Part shown: piece after piece, positions 43,454 through 58,786 of the stretch
How positions within the stretch are numbered: position 1 is the first letter of the stretch
Layout: every line of letters starts with the position of its first letter
Origin: Cycas panzhihuaensis
Lineage: Eukaryota > Plantae > Cycadophyta
NCBI GenBank assembly: GCA_023213395.1
Contig: CM041465.1
Location: 222,339,741-222,403,740 of the forward strand
DNA length: 64,000 nt
Direction of reading: 5' to 3'
Notes under the pieces: model-generated
The model's input: only the letters and a program-made list of their open reading frames with translations
Database searches by the model: none
What the model was told of the DNA's origin: nothing
Position numbers and translations under genes: made by a program

Positions 43454-46400
43454 TTAAGATGTTTCACCTACGAAACTCTTATTTCTCAAATCAGGATGAA
43501 GTTTGACAAAATCAAAGGACTCCTAAGAAGCATCTTCATGAGGCAACTATTTCTATTTGATCAAGTTTTCTCGAATAGTCTTTGACCACAAATTTCATTC
43601 TTAAACTTCAAGGATAGCTTATGGTAATAATATTAGTTTGTCTTCTTCATTTAAGAGAGATAATTCTGCTTGCACCTGTACATGATTTCTAATTTTCTTT
43701 TTGAGACACGATGCATGAAATACATTATGTAGTTTGGAAGTAGGAAGTTCTAATGCATATGCCACTTCTCTAATTTTTTGTTTAACCTAAAAAGGGCCAT
43801 AAAATTGAGGACTCAATTTCTTCTTTTGAGAATTTTTTAATGATGCTTGTTTATATGGTTGCAGTCTCATATAGACCCAATCTCTAACTTTGAATATTCT
43901 TTTAGTACAATGTTTATTAACTTGTTGTTTCATATGATTTCTAGCTTCTTCTAAATATCACTTTAATATTTGAATTATGTTCTGTGATTCTTTGAGATAG
44001 TCATTAACTACTGGAACCTTATTATCCTTACTTAACCAATCCTTCAATTGAGTTGGTTGGTAGTCATATAATGCCTAATATGGTTTAATAGATGAATGGT
44101 AAGAAGAATTATACCATGCTTCAATTAAATATAGCCATTTGACCTGTAAATTTTGTTTATCTACTACATAATTCCACAAATAAAATTCTAAACAATTGTT
44201 AACCATTTTAGTTTGTCCATTTGTTTATGGGTGATAATTGGTACTCATTTCTAATTTTGTACCTACTTATTAAAATATTTCATTTTAGAAATGGCTTAAG
44301 AATTTTGGATCTCTGTCACTAATAATAGTCTGTAAAAATTCATGTAATTTACGAATTTCTTTAACTAACACTTCGGCTAATTATTGAGCTTTATAATTAG
44401 ATTAAATGGGTATAAAATGAGCAAATTTTATTAAATGGTCCATAATCACATAAATAAGATCTTTCCTTTCTAATTTTGATAGACCAATGATAAAATCCAT
44501 GCTAATACTTTCCTATTTTTGTTGTGGAATAAGGAGAGGTTGGAGCAGTCTAGGGGTAGCAGTATATTTATATTTATTTATTTAGTAAACTTTGTATTTA
44601 GTTATAAATTTCTTAATTTTCTCTTTCATTCCTTTCTAGAAAAATGATTGTTTAGCTTATAGATATGTTTTATAGAAGCCTTCATGTCCTATTGTAGGTA
44701 TTATATGTACTTCATTTATTATCTTAACATGGAAAGCTAAATTTGCACCTAAGAATATTCATCCGTTATACCATAAGATATTGTTTCTTCATTCAAATTT
44801 AACTTCTTTTCCTTGTTGAATTCTTTGAATAAGTTGTTAAATGTTAGGATCTTTTATATATTATGATTGTAATTACATGATCCATAGCCATTCTATTATT
44901 GAGACAACTTTTACCTAAGATTCTATACTTTCTTCATCTTTCTAAGATAATGCATTAGCCACCACATTATTTTTACCCTTGTTGTATGTTATGTCAAAAT
45001 CAAATGCTTGAATTTTACTTATCCATTTCTATTATTCAGGGTATAACTCTTTTTGTTTTAATAAATATTATAAACTATTACGATCTGTCTTGACTATAAA
45101 TTTGCTACCTAATAGATATTAATGCCATTTAATCAAAGTGTGTATACTAGCCAACATTTCCTTATTATAGGTAGATTTAAGAATTTCTCTATTGTTTAGT
45201 TTTGTACTATCAAATATGATGGGTTTTCCTTCTTACATTAGTACTACGCTGATTCTTGTTCCAAATGCATCATATTCTATTATAAAAATTTTAGAAAATT
45301 TAGGTGATGTTAGCATCGGTGACTAGGTCATTATTTGCTTAACTTGTTTAAAACACATTATCACTTCTTCATTCCATTGAAAAGAATCCTTCTTTAATTA
45401 GCAAGTTAAGGAAGCTATTTTCTCTATGTAATTCTTAACAAAATGTCGATAATATCCTATTAATCCTAAAATCTTCAAAGTTTAGTAATATTTTTGGGCG
45501 TCATCCATTCTTGAATTACCTTGATTTTTTATAGATAATCTCTAATCCCTTCTTTTGAAATAAGATAACCTAAATATTCTATTTCTTTCAAGCTGAAATA
45601 ACATTTTAATTGATTAGCACAAAACTTTTGTTCATTTAATATGCTTAGTACTTGGTCAATATGGTTTACGTGTTTTTCTTACTTTTTGCTAAAGACTAAT
45701 ATGTTGTCCAAAAAGACTAAGATAAATTTTCATAAGAAGGGCTTAAAAATCTTGTTCATAATAGCCTGGAATGTGGCCGATGCATTAGTTAGGCCAAAGG
45801 GCATTACCTTGAATTCATAATAACCATTGTGTGTGTTAAAGATTGTTTTGTATGTATCCTCTAGTTTAATTCAAATTTGGTGGTAACCAGATTTTAAATC
45901 TATTTTTAAAAAATATTTTACTCCTTACAATTCACCTAGTAACTTATTAATCCTTGGTATAGGAAATTATTTTTTATTGTAACCTTATTTAGTGCTCAAT
46001 AGTCTATGCGTATACGATAAGATCTATCTTTCTTCATTATTAGGATTACAGGAGCTACAAAAGGGCTTTTACTAAGGGCTATTGCTCATAGATCTAATAA
46101 TTCTAGTATAATTTTCTCAATTTCATTCTGATAATGGTGTGGTCATTTATATGGTTAGATAACAATTGGATTAGTACCTGCATCAAGTTCAATTTGATAT
46201 TCTAGCCCTCTATCTAGAGGTAATTATGGTGGAATATTTTTGGAAAACTTCTTTATTTTTCTAAATAACCTTTTGAAGTTTATTTTCTTTTATTGTTGAC
46301 ATTATTTCCACTTGAATAAAGAAGAGTTGAGCCATAATGTTATGTTACCCTTTCTTAATTAATTTTTCCATTCATTTATAGGATATTAGTTGGCTATTTC

Positions 46401-48046
46401 TTAGTTTCTCTCCTTAGAGGACAACAATTTTTCTCTCCTTATATCTCATAAATAATTCCTCAAGGTTCATTTCAAAAGTTCCCAAAGTTCTTAACCACTA
46501 ACTTTCTAGAATAATATCTACTCTACCAACATCAAGTACATAAAAATTTTCTTTAATAATGACATCACCTACTGAGATCTTAAGGTTTTCCATCAGCCCT
46601 TGTCTAAATATAACTTGGCAACCCCTAACACTTACTTGAAAAGATGTTATTCTTGATGGAAATAGTTTTAAGTGTTGAGTTGAGATTCTATCAATAAAAT
46701 TATGAGTACTTCTGGGATTGACTAAGATTGTAATAGCTTGACTTTTAATAAATCCTCATAGTTTAAGCGTATCAAATCTTATAAGACCACTCATAGCTGA
46801 GAATGACATTTTAAAGACATCTTCCTCTTAGTTATATTGGTACTCATGAGTTTTAAGAGTATTCTCTTGGCTGTTTTCTGTATCATCTTCTTCTCCAATT
46901 TCCTCATTTTAGCTACTGGGGATAACTCAATTGTGTATAACTAATTCTTTTGACATTTATGATTAGGTGTCCATTTTTTAGTACACTTGAAGCAGAGGTT
47001 TTTTTTTGTAATTCTTCTTTATTGGATCTTATCCTTTGAAGTACTAGTTTTACTAGTCAAGTAAGTCTACTAGGAAATAGACCAGGCCATATTGTTAAGG
47101 GAGGATTAAATCAAGTATAAGGAGGAATATAGAGTCTTATTCTTACTTTTTGTAATTCGTTAACCTTATCTTCCTGTATTTTGGCAAGTTGTATTACCTT
47201 ATTCAGATCCTTAAGTTCTTGAATTTTGATGTCTGCTTGGATTTCAATGGTTAATCCATCTATATATAATTCGATAAGTTGATTCATGGGAATGTCTTCC
47301 AAAATATAACTCAATTTTATGAATGTTACACTGTATTCTTCCATTAAGCCAATTTGTTTTAATCTTTGTAACTCATAATAGTAATCGCAATTAGATACCA
47401 TTTCAAATCATTCGATGAATAAATGCATAAACTCTTTCTAGGTTCGAAGTTAATTCTGAAAAGAAGTTTGTTTAAGACACTACCACCATTCATATGCTAT
47501 TCCATCCATGTGTAGGGTGGCTAAAGGAACTTGTTCTATTAGTTTAATTTCCACTAAATGAAAGTAGTTTTCCATTTGTTGGATCCACACTCTTAGCTCA
47601 TGTGATTTCTGCTCTATACTAAAATGTTGTATAGTAATTTTTTCTAACTTTTTCTTTTTTTGTGTCTGTATACTTTGTAGGCAGTTGAAGTATGCTTGGA
47701 AACCCATTATTTTATGTTCTTTATGAGTTAAATTTTGGTATTTATTAAGATATTTTCTAATAGCTTTGTTTTTAAAATTAATTAGAGATGTTTGAGGAAA
47801 AAACTAATTTTTTGTCATTTGATGTCTAATATGTGATTGACAACTCGTCACTTCATTTTCTAAATCAGGAACAATCATATATTCCTTTCTTCTTATTGCT
47901 ATGATTGTTAACTTGTCTAAATTTTCATATAGGGTATGATTTAAAAGAGCATTTGATATTTGCACTACCTTATAGACTGCATGAGTGATTAGCTCGACAA
48001 TATCTTTTTGGATAATGTTGTTTGTCATTTCTTTCACGTTCATCAC
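43454..48046 (-). pseudogene. Element D gag-pol with chromodomain
   Basis: Gag WIQQMENYF...ATLHMDGIAYEWW and LKQIG...Y...F...YIDGL; PR (GSTHNFID), RT (MPFGLTNA), RH (GKNNVVANALS), INT, and chromodomain LPHEDAS(W)ES. Confidence 0.9.
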
Positions 48047-48465
48047 TTTAATAATTGTATAAGTATGATTCCACCAATTTCCTTTCGTAACTAAGTGTTA
48101 ATCTGCTACATTATAAGATCTTTACAAGTTGATAATAGGACTTTCCTTTATAGATGTATAAAATCTTGTAATTTATTATAATAGAGACTCAGTTAGCCAA
48201 AAACTGAGAATTAATGTTGTTTAATATTATTATTAGCTTGTGTCTTATGATGTAAATTGCTTGACATGTGAAGATATTGATGTTATACTCCATCCTTAAC
48301 TGTAGTAATCAGGAGAACAATTTGACTATTAAAGAATATGTATGATAAATTAAAATGGATTATGAAATACAATATTAAATATCAAGTTTAACCTTATTAG
48401 AGGTGATGGTGAATAGATTAAAAGTTTAGCTACATAAATAAGTAAAGACTTAGTTAGATGGCTTA

Positions 48466-49147
<682 letters not shown>

Positions 49148-51279
49148 TTGCGACAACAGATTAACAGAGAGATGGAAAAGACACGAAAGACAACTGATCA
49201 CTGACCCACTTATTATAAATATGAATATGCGATGTAAAATGCGAATGCTAGGTGATGAAAATGTAATAAAAGAATGAGGGAATGATGATGATGTAATACG
49301 TTATGATATTATTAAAGTATAACTCTTATATAATGGCAATGCATTACTATATTAAGATTGTATTGGATTCAAATTTGCCAAGAGCTAGGCAACATTTGTA
49401 ATGATATTACTGTAGTTAATATTTGCATTTTAATAGACACATTTATTTTACTAATTACAGAGAATGGAAACATAGATGTAGGAATTTGACCAAATAGAAG
49501 ACAGAAAGGAGACACTTGTGATCATTGAAATTAAGAATACAGAGATTAAAATAGCTAAATAGACTGTAATTTAACCACTCAAAGCCACAAATTGTTACTA
49601 TATGGCTGTGTAGACCGCATAATGCACTTTTTGTTATTTATTTTATGATAAAACTTTATGTACATTTGTCTCCCACATAATGTATGAGAATTGAATAATA
49701 GATGAGCACAGTGAAAATGATGAGGAGACGATGGGTGGATGGGACAAAGGGACACAGGAACAAATAAACATTTGTAGGCACACAAGGTCACTTGATTTGA
49801 GTTTTGGGATAATAAATATGAGTGTGTATTAATTCAGGTCAACACCCAATTCTTAAATGCTAAAAATCAAGCTAATAAGCCTTGCTGGAGAAAATCTCAT
49901 TGAAGATGGGCTTTAATACCAATTATTATAAACCTAGTTCATAACTTGGGGATAATTACCAAATGCAATAAAGAGCACACTAACACACTCAAGGAATTGA
50001 TAGTTAAAAGACCAAATAGTTTTATTGATAAAATATGAATGATGTTTACAATATGTTGATGGCCATATTTATAGGTACAATAGGCCCTTTTTATTAAAAG
50101 TCACATCCTTTCAACACATCCATTCAAAAAAATATAATTAATTAATTACCTTTTAAGGAGGTTCATAATACTCACCTATCAATGAATGATAACTATAGCA
50201 ATTAGGTCTCTCTTCATGATCATTCTAACTCATTTTTCCTTTAAAATATTTGTTTGTTTCATTCTTCTATCTTGATTTCACTTTTTTTTATGGTCTTTTT
50301 AGCATTATTTTTGGACTTGGGCTTATAGTTTTTATCTTTTTGGGCTATTTTTCCATTGATTAAGTCCTTTTGGTTTTTATTTTTAATAAAAATATGATTT
50401 TTTTACTTTTCAATAGATAATTTTTACCTCTTGATTTGTTGCATTTTTTGTGCTACAAAAAACATGACCGATCATATTTTATTAATAAAATCACATTTTT
50501 TGTAGCTCATAAAATGTAACCAGTCATATTTTTTACAATTTTTAATGCAATTTTTTTTAGTGCACTAATTTTTACATGCCATTGCCTAGATTCGATAGAA
50601 ACCTGCCCCATTCATGCCCAGAACTGTTAGAACCCCTATTGTGTTATATCATTCATAATTTGGATGAAAAGAGATCAAGATTTAATTTATAATTCTTGAG
50701 ATTTTGAGGGATTTCTTTGCTGTTATTTGGAGAACTATTTTGGAAGAAATAAAAGTGAAGTCCAAGGGAAGAATTTTGAAGCTCTGTTTGTTGATTTCCT
50801 ACTGCATAAACTTTGATGATTGATACTTTTAAAACATATGGTTTCTCACAAAATTTTTAGCTTCAAACTTCTTTTTCCTAATAAGATCTTTCCTATTGTG
50901 GTTTATTATGGTTCTATAGTTCTTTTGATAAGTATTTACAATCGAAATTGTTCATCTCTTTTTGCTAGTATCTGAGATACTTTTGTTGATGATTTTTTCT
51001 TAGGAAACTTGGCTAAAAGGTCAATCCTTTATGGGAAGAATAGGGGTAGTATTGTGAATAATGATTATCTCTTCACCATAAGGATAATTATGCTCTACCA
51101 TTCTTTTTCAACTATCCAAGTCCCCAAGAAGTCTAGTTTCATATTTACTAGTATATGGCTATTGTTGAGCTAATTGTTCTTGTGTTTCTTCTTTTTTTTA
51201 TTATTGGTTTTAAAGGAAAACTTGAAGAAGTTTAATTGCATGAAAAAGAGAAGGCCATCCTGATGTAAAAATTTATCAA

Positions 51280-54200
51280 TGAAGAGAAAATATAACTGCA
51301 GAAGCAATGTGATAACAAAACTCTAAACCATGTAAAGAACAAATAACATAAACAAATCAAGCACTCAACAAAGAACACCAGGAGATTCAAGTCTAAGCAT
51401 AGATCTTTTATTAATCTAAGCAACATCTAAAAAATTACAAAGATGAATAAACCCTAACTCTTCTCCTTAACTCATCCACATTGTTTCTTGTTATATATGC
51501 CATTACATAAGAATATATAAACACAACATTACAAGATACTGCCTTATAGTTTTATAATATAATGAGCATAAACCATGGGCTGACAAAGACCCCCATAAGA
51601 CACCCAAAACTTTTTCTCTGGGGCTCTTGCCCCCTAACCCCCACTTAAGGAGTTGTTAGCCCCCCATACCCCCAGTCGAGGGTCCTATAACGAGCCCCCA
51701 GAACCCCACAAAGGGGCTTGAGTGTAATTCCTATACCCATGTAACACTTGCAAAGTGTTCAACATATCTAACTCCCACTTATTGAACACTTTACAAGAAA
51801 ACCTACATACACAACTACTGAATGCCAAAATTACAAACACCCATTATAATTCTACACCATCTAAATTTTTTTATGCTAACAATCTTAGTCAATGAGTCAG
51901 TAGCATTATCTTGTGTAGCAATCTTTTGTAAATCCACCTTGTAATTTTGAACTATTTCCCTCACAAAATAGAACTGCATATCAATATGCTTTGACCGAGT
52001 ATAAAAAATGGAGTTCTTTGCTAGGTAGATTACACTTTGACTATCACAATCTATCCTCATAGCATATTACTTAAATCTAATATCTATGCATAATCTCTAT
52101 AACTAAACCACTTCCTTGCATGCATAAGTAACTATCATATCCTCTACTTCTATGCTAGAAAGTGCCACAACTTGCTATCTTTTACTCATCCAACTAACTG
52201 CACCACCACAAAAGGTAAAAATATACTCACTTGTAGATCTTCTGCTGTTAAGATCTCTAGCCCAATTAGCATCAACAAAACCTCTCAAGTTCATTATTTT
52301 ACTCTCTATGGGATCTTCTTAATAGTAAATTTCATAGTCTGATGTACCTCACAGATACTTGAAAATACTTTTCATAGCCACCCAATACTCCCTGCCTAGG
52401 TTTGACATATACTTGCTAACTACTCCCACTACATGGACAATGTTTGGTCAAGTGTAAACCATCACATACATCATGCTACCAACATCACTAGCATAAGGGA
52501 CAAATACCATGTCTTCAACTTCTTGGTGAGTCTTTGGGCATTGTTTAGCTGATAGTTTTAAACCAATAGAAAGAGGAACATAAACTGGTTTACCATCCTG
52601 TAACCTAAATCGTTGCAATATTGTCTCAATGTACCATCCTTGGCTAAGCTAAATCTTCTTGTTTCTCATATCCATTTTAATCTCAATGCCCAAAATAAAA
52701 TGTACAGCATTAAGGTCCTTCATCTCAAAGTGAGATGCCAGTTGGTCTTTCATAAGTTGGTTCATTTCTTTATTATGACCAACTAAAAGGATGTCATCAA
52801 CATATAAAGCTAGAATAACAAAATGATCACCAACCTGTTTATAATAAATACAATAATCTTCTTTGCTATGTGCAAAACCATCCACCAACATATGTATATC
52901 AAATTTTTAATACCACATCCTTAGTGACTATTTCAAGCCATATAATGACTTCTTCAACCTATATAATATATTCTCCTTCCTTGCAACTTCAAACCCTTCA
53001 GGCTGTAACATATAAATTTCTTCTTCAAGATCACCTTAAAGAAATACAATCTTCACATCCATTTGATCCACCTCAAGGTCATAGGTAGATACTACATCTA
53101 ACAAAAATCTAATTTAAGTAACTTTTTCAATAGGAGAAAAATACCTCACCAAAATCATTTCCCTTAACTTGGGAATAACCCTTTTCTACTAAGCAAGCCT
53201 TGTACTTTTCCACAGTACCATCTGCTTAGAACTTCTTCTTAAAGATCCATTTATTATCAACAGGTTTTCTGCCATCAGGAAGATCCACTAAATCCTATAT
53301 ACTATTTTTTTCTAAGGCCATCATTTCTTCTTGTATGGCCTTCATCCAGAGTTAGCTCTCTTTTGACTCTAGAGCCTTCCAAATAATACCTAGATTACCA
53401 TTTGTAGTAGATAAAACAAAAGAGGAGCGACAAAAGTCTTTAAGAATATACTTGTTAGACTGTCTTCTCTCATGAGTTGATCTTCTTAAGATGTGGGGTT
53501 CTTGAGGTTGATCTACCTCTACAGCTAGTTCTTCCTCTTTAGCTGACTCATATTTTGATGTAGAATCTTCATCCCTTACTTCAAATTGTACCTTCTTAAA
53601 GTGTTCCTCCTTTGGTTCTTCATCTTGCTTTAGAGACTTAAACTCCTCTCTAAAGACAACATCATAGATATACATAACCTTTTATGTTTCAAGGTTATAA
53701 AGCTTATATCCTTTAACACCATCACCATAGCCAATTAAAATAGTCTTTTATGCTTTGAAATTAAGCTTAGTTCTTTGCTATTTAGAAACATACATAAAAT
53801 CTTCACAACTAAAAACTCTAAGATGACCCAGAGATGGTTTCTTACCAAACCACACTTTTTCAAGTGTTTTATATAATAAGGTAGTTGTCAGTGATTTATT
53901 TATTAGGTAGCTTACAATCATTATAACCTTCACCTACAATTTCTTCTCTAATCTAGTAGCACTGAGCATACTCCTTGATCTCTCCAGCAAGGTCCTATTC
54001 ATCCTTTTAGCAACTCCATTTTGCTATGGCATATAGGGAATTACCTTTTGCCTTTTTATCCCACACTACTTACAGAACTACTCAAACTCCTTTAAGCAAA
54101 ACTCTCCTCCATTATCCATCCTCAATATCTTGATCCACCTATCACTCTAATTCTCGACCAAGGCCTTGAATTCTTTGAATTTACTAAAAACTTTAGATTT

Positions 54201-56374
54201 CTGCTTAAGAAAATACACCCATGTCTTTCTCGAAAAATCATTTGTGAATGAGACAAAGTATTTGGACCCACCCAATGGGGTACATCAATAGGTCTAAAAA
54301 CATCAGTGTGCACCAATTGTAGAATACCCTTTGCTCTCTTTGAGCTTAAAGGAAAATTGACTCAATTTTGTTTGCCATATATACAATGCTCACAAAAATC
54401 AAAATCAAAGGAGCCATTAATTCCAGAGACGTCTTCTGCCATAACTTTGGAGAATAAATCATAGAGGCTTTTCTCTCCAATATGGCCCAATTTCTAATGC
54501 CACAGCATAGTTTTACCAGTAAGTGATATTTGAGTCCTGCGTTCATTATTACTACTTTCTGTAATAGCTAGACTACAACTTCTAGTACATACTGTACTTG
54601 TATCAAGCTTGTATAGTGTTCCAAATTAGATCCCTCTTAATAACACTAATGTTCCTTGAACCATTTTGTAATTGTCTTTATTGAAGATCACTTCTATTCC
54701 TACATCACCTAATTGACTAACAAATAATAGACTCATAGCTAAACTAGGAATATGACTTATATTAGGGATAGTTTTAACCCTTCTATCCCCAAATCGAACC
54801 TTCACCCTTCCACAACCCACAATTTTATATGGATAATTATCCCCAAGAAATACCTTACCTCCATCAATCCTTATGTATTCATAAAACCAATCCCTATAGG
54901 GAGTAACATGAAGTGAAGCACTAGAGTCAACTAACGTTAGACTCAATATTTAACAACTTACCTGAGGTTACCAAATAAACATCGCCATTAGCTTCATCAG
55001 AGGCTTTTGCTACCATGGAAGAAGTAGCTTCAGGTGACTTTCCCTTGTCTATGTTGACTTGACATTGGCTCTTTATATGGTTAGCTTTCCCACATCTCCA
55101 GCATACCAAAGGTCCTCTACCTGGAGATTTGGATTTTCCTCTAAATTTTGGTTGTTTATTCTTAGGCCTTTATTGGTCATAATCCAATGTTTGACCTCTT
55201 ACTACTAATGCTTCTTTTAAATAATCCTCAAAAGATTTTCACCTTGTCTCTTCTTATAGTGGAGTAGTAATAATATCATCAAATTTTAGGGTGGTAATAG
55301 CCATGCTACTAATCGCCATCACAAGATTATCCCAGGAATCAAGAAGTGAACATAATAGGATAATATGCTTGTCTTTATTAGACATTGTTATCCCAATTAA
55401 AACAAGCTAGCTCACCATGGTGTTAAATACAGTGAGATGATCTATAACTATATATCCATCACTCATCCTAAATGAATACAATTGTTTTTGAAGAAATAGC
55501 TTTTTAACTAGGGAATTTATTTAATACAAAGCCTCTAACTTTCCCCACAAATCTTTGGCCATAAACTCTATGGTAATATTTAGCAACACAATGTCTGAAA
55601 GACATAACATTATTAAACTGATTACCTTTTGATCAAGCTTCTTCCAATCTTCATCACCCATAGTTGTAGGCTTTGTTCCTGCTACAATGATCTACTAATC
55701 CTTCTTGATGAGGATATCTTCCATCTTTAGCTTCCACAACTCAAAGTTCTGGACATTCAACTTTTCAATCTCTATCTTTATAGTGCTTTCCATGATCTTC
55801 ACACTCAAGCTTACCACACAAGGCTCCCACTTACCAAATGGATTCCTACATAAATAAAACCTTTAGCTCTGATACCAAATGAAGAGAAAATATAACCGCA
55901 GAAGTAATGTGATAACAAAACTCTAAACCATGCAAAGAATAAATAACATAAACAAATCAAGCACTCAATAAAAGACACTAGGAGATTTAGGTCTAAGCAT
56001 AGACCTTTTATTAATCTAAGCAATAGCTAAAGAATTACAGAGATGAATAAACCCCAACTCTTCTCCTCAACTCATCCACACTATTTCTTGTTACATGTGC
56101 CATTACATAAGAATATATAGATACAACATTACAAGATACTGCCTTGTGGTTTTACAATATAATGGGCATAAACCATGGGCTAATAAAGACCCCCATAAGA
56201 CACCCAAAAATTTTTCTTAGGGGCTCTTGCCCCTGAACACTAGCTTGAGGGGTCACTAGCCCACTAAACCCCCCAATCAAGGGCCCTATAATGGGCCCCT
56301 GGATCCCCACAAAGGGCCTCAGGTATAATGCCTATACCCATGTAACACTTACAAAGAGTTCAACATATCTAACA
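51280..56374 (-). mobile_element. Full-length Ty1/Copia (Tnt1/Tork-like) element E, 5095 bp
   Basis: Perfect TSD ATCAA; LTRs 51280-51772 and 55880-56374; PBS TGGTATCAGAGC at 55866-55877; PPT AAGTGGGAG at about 51772-51780. Confidence 0.96.
51815..55793 (-). pseudogene. Element E gag-pol
   Basis: MESTIKIEIEKLNVQNFELWKLKMEDIL; zinc knuckle CWRCGKANHIKSQC; PR LVDSSASLH; INT VHTDV; RT LALYVDDILL; RH CDSQSVIYLAKN...SKHID. Confidence 0.93.
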
Positions 56375-57802
56375 ATCAATAGATTATAAATTACAAAAAA
56401 TTGCTAGTATTATCTTGTTTGACTTTATTCTCTTTATTTCTTCTTATTTTAGAAAAGAAATTTGAATATATGAATGATATATCTTTTCTATGATCAGATT
56501 GCATGACATTCAAGGATCCTATGATCTCCAAAAGACTTCATTTATGATAGAATCTCTCTATTTTCCTAGTTTATTATTTGTTTATGAATGAAGATTTAAT
56601 TTTAATTGATTACATGTAATTTTTGTGGCTTGAATATCATTCATAATAGTAGAAATATATCTTTGAGATCTCTTACTTCTTTTTGAATTCATTATCCAAA
56701 AGGAAAAATAGCATGTGAATAGGAAAATTTATTATAAAATCATTACATGTTACTTGATCTTTTATTAAATTCTGTATATAAGTGCATGATTATACTAGTT
56801 GCATTCCACATTTATTTTTTTCATTAAAAAGGTGTGTTTTGATAGTTTTTCTTTAATTCTTAGTGTTTTTTTTTTTTTTTTCTTGTTTCATAAAAAGAAA
56901 AGGAATAAAAGAAAGTTGCATGTGTAGTTAGCTTACTTGTTTATAGAAAAAAAGGTGGATATATCTTGTAGTTTTATCATTTACTTTTATGATTGCATTT
57001 TATTTAAAATATATAAAAAACAGAAAAGAAACTTCAATCAATTAATCCTTTTTCCTTAATTTTAGTAAAACTCTAAAGGTTGAAAGAATAGGAGGAAGGA
57101 AGTCCCTAGGAAGGACACAAGATACATTGTCAGTGTAATTTCAAATTCAGAACTCTTCCATCTGATTATGTAGGCTAATAGATTCCAATACCCCCTGTAT
57201 ATCCTAGCCTTTTGTTGCTTCATTCATATCCTATTTAAACAGCATAATCAAGTGGAGACTCCTTCTTAAGAGTTAGCAAAGGTGGTCCTTTAGGTTCCCT
57301 TAAGCTTCTTGTCTCTTAGCTTAGACTTGAAACATAGGAAATATACCATTAGTTAGAAGATATTTGATCTAGGTCCAACTAAAATATGCCAACATGTGGT
57401 AATTTATAAGTTAAGAGCCTAGATTCTTGAGACAGAAGAAGATGTAACAAATAAAAATAAAATTTAGAGCAAAATATACCACTTGTGGTAGGAATTGGTT
57501 AGGATGAAATAATTGTACAATGAGACAATGGTAGAAATTAAATAAATGCATAAAGGGAAAAGGTCTGTATTAGCATAGTTAGATGCATTATGGGATATTA
57601 CCATCTTAATAGATCATTTTCGATTACAAAGAGTGTGAGTTACACCAACTATTGTAAGACCAGATACAACTTATATTTAGTAAGTAATGAATAGAATACA
57701 TAAAGAAATGGAAGATGCATAGTGTATGTTGTGAAGGAATGTGTAGGAAAAAAAATATGATGAAACAAATGAGGACACTTGCTAGTTTTATGATAGGGGA
57801 GA

Positions 57803-58786
57803 TATGTATAGGTAAAACTACAAACATAATTTTAAAGAAAATTGTAAAGTACTAAATTATAGTTAAAGTTAGCACTATGAATAAGTTGTAGTTGAAATTT
57901 CCATTTATCATAGTAAGGGTTATGAGTGTGAGTAAATCACAGTTGGGATCGCAGTTATGAGTAAATCATAGTTGGGGTTATGTACATGAGCAGATTGTAG
58001 TTAGTGTCATGAGTGTGAGTAAATCACAATGAGCATCACAATTATAAGCAAATCATAGTTAGGTTTGCACATACAAGTAGATCATAATCAAGGTCATGAG
58101 TATGAGTAAATCATAGTCAAGGTTACAAGTGTGAGTAGATCATAGTTGAGGTCATAGTTGCAAGTAGATCATAGTCAAGGTCACGGTTGTGAGCAGATCA
58201 TAATTGGGGTCATGAGTATGAGCAAATCATAGTTAAGGTCATAGTTATGATCAAATCACAATCAGGATCACGAGTGTGAGAAAATTATAGTTAGGGTCAT
58301 GGTTTTGAGTAGATCGTAGTCAGGTTCATGAGTATAAGTAGATCATAGTTAAGGTTACAGTTATAAGTAGATCATAGTTAGGGTTAAGTTTATAGTTAGG
58401 ATCATAATTTAGATGGTTAAAACCCAATTGTAGTTTGAAAAATATGATTATTACCAAATGTATTTAAGAAGGAAGACTAGTCATTGTTATGATGTAACCA
58501 ATGGTAGTTGAAATCATTGGGTCTTTTTGTATAAATAGTAGTTGGTCTAATATATGTAGGTGTGTGAGGGTAGGGAAGTCAAAGAGGAGATACATAATGT
58601 TTTTCTTACTATGGTAAGTTTTGCATGCTAGTCTAATATTTGTAGACTGTTGGGTCTACATTTGATTATGAGAGGACCAGATGTAGTTTCCTATTCTAAT
58701 GATAATATGTTTTGCATCATATTAGGTATTCCTTATATGTGCTTTATTTATTATGTCAATATTATAGATGAATAGGGAAAGACACA
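57803..58786 (+). repeat. 3' LTR of element A
   Basis: Follows the PPT, is homologous to 14074-14947 and ends GACACA. Confidence 0.8.
57907..58399 (+). repeat. 29-bp tandem array, about 17 units, in the 3' LTR of A
   Basis: ATCA anchor at 57907, 57936, 57965 ... 58371. Confidence 0.9.

Noticed and set aside
51232-56023. Duplicated hydrophobic ORFs MLRLIK.LCLDLN... (51232-51426 and 55811-56023) as paralogous genes
   Set aside because: They are simply the two LTR copies of element E.
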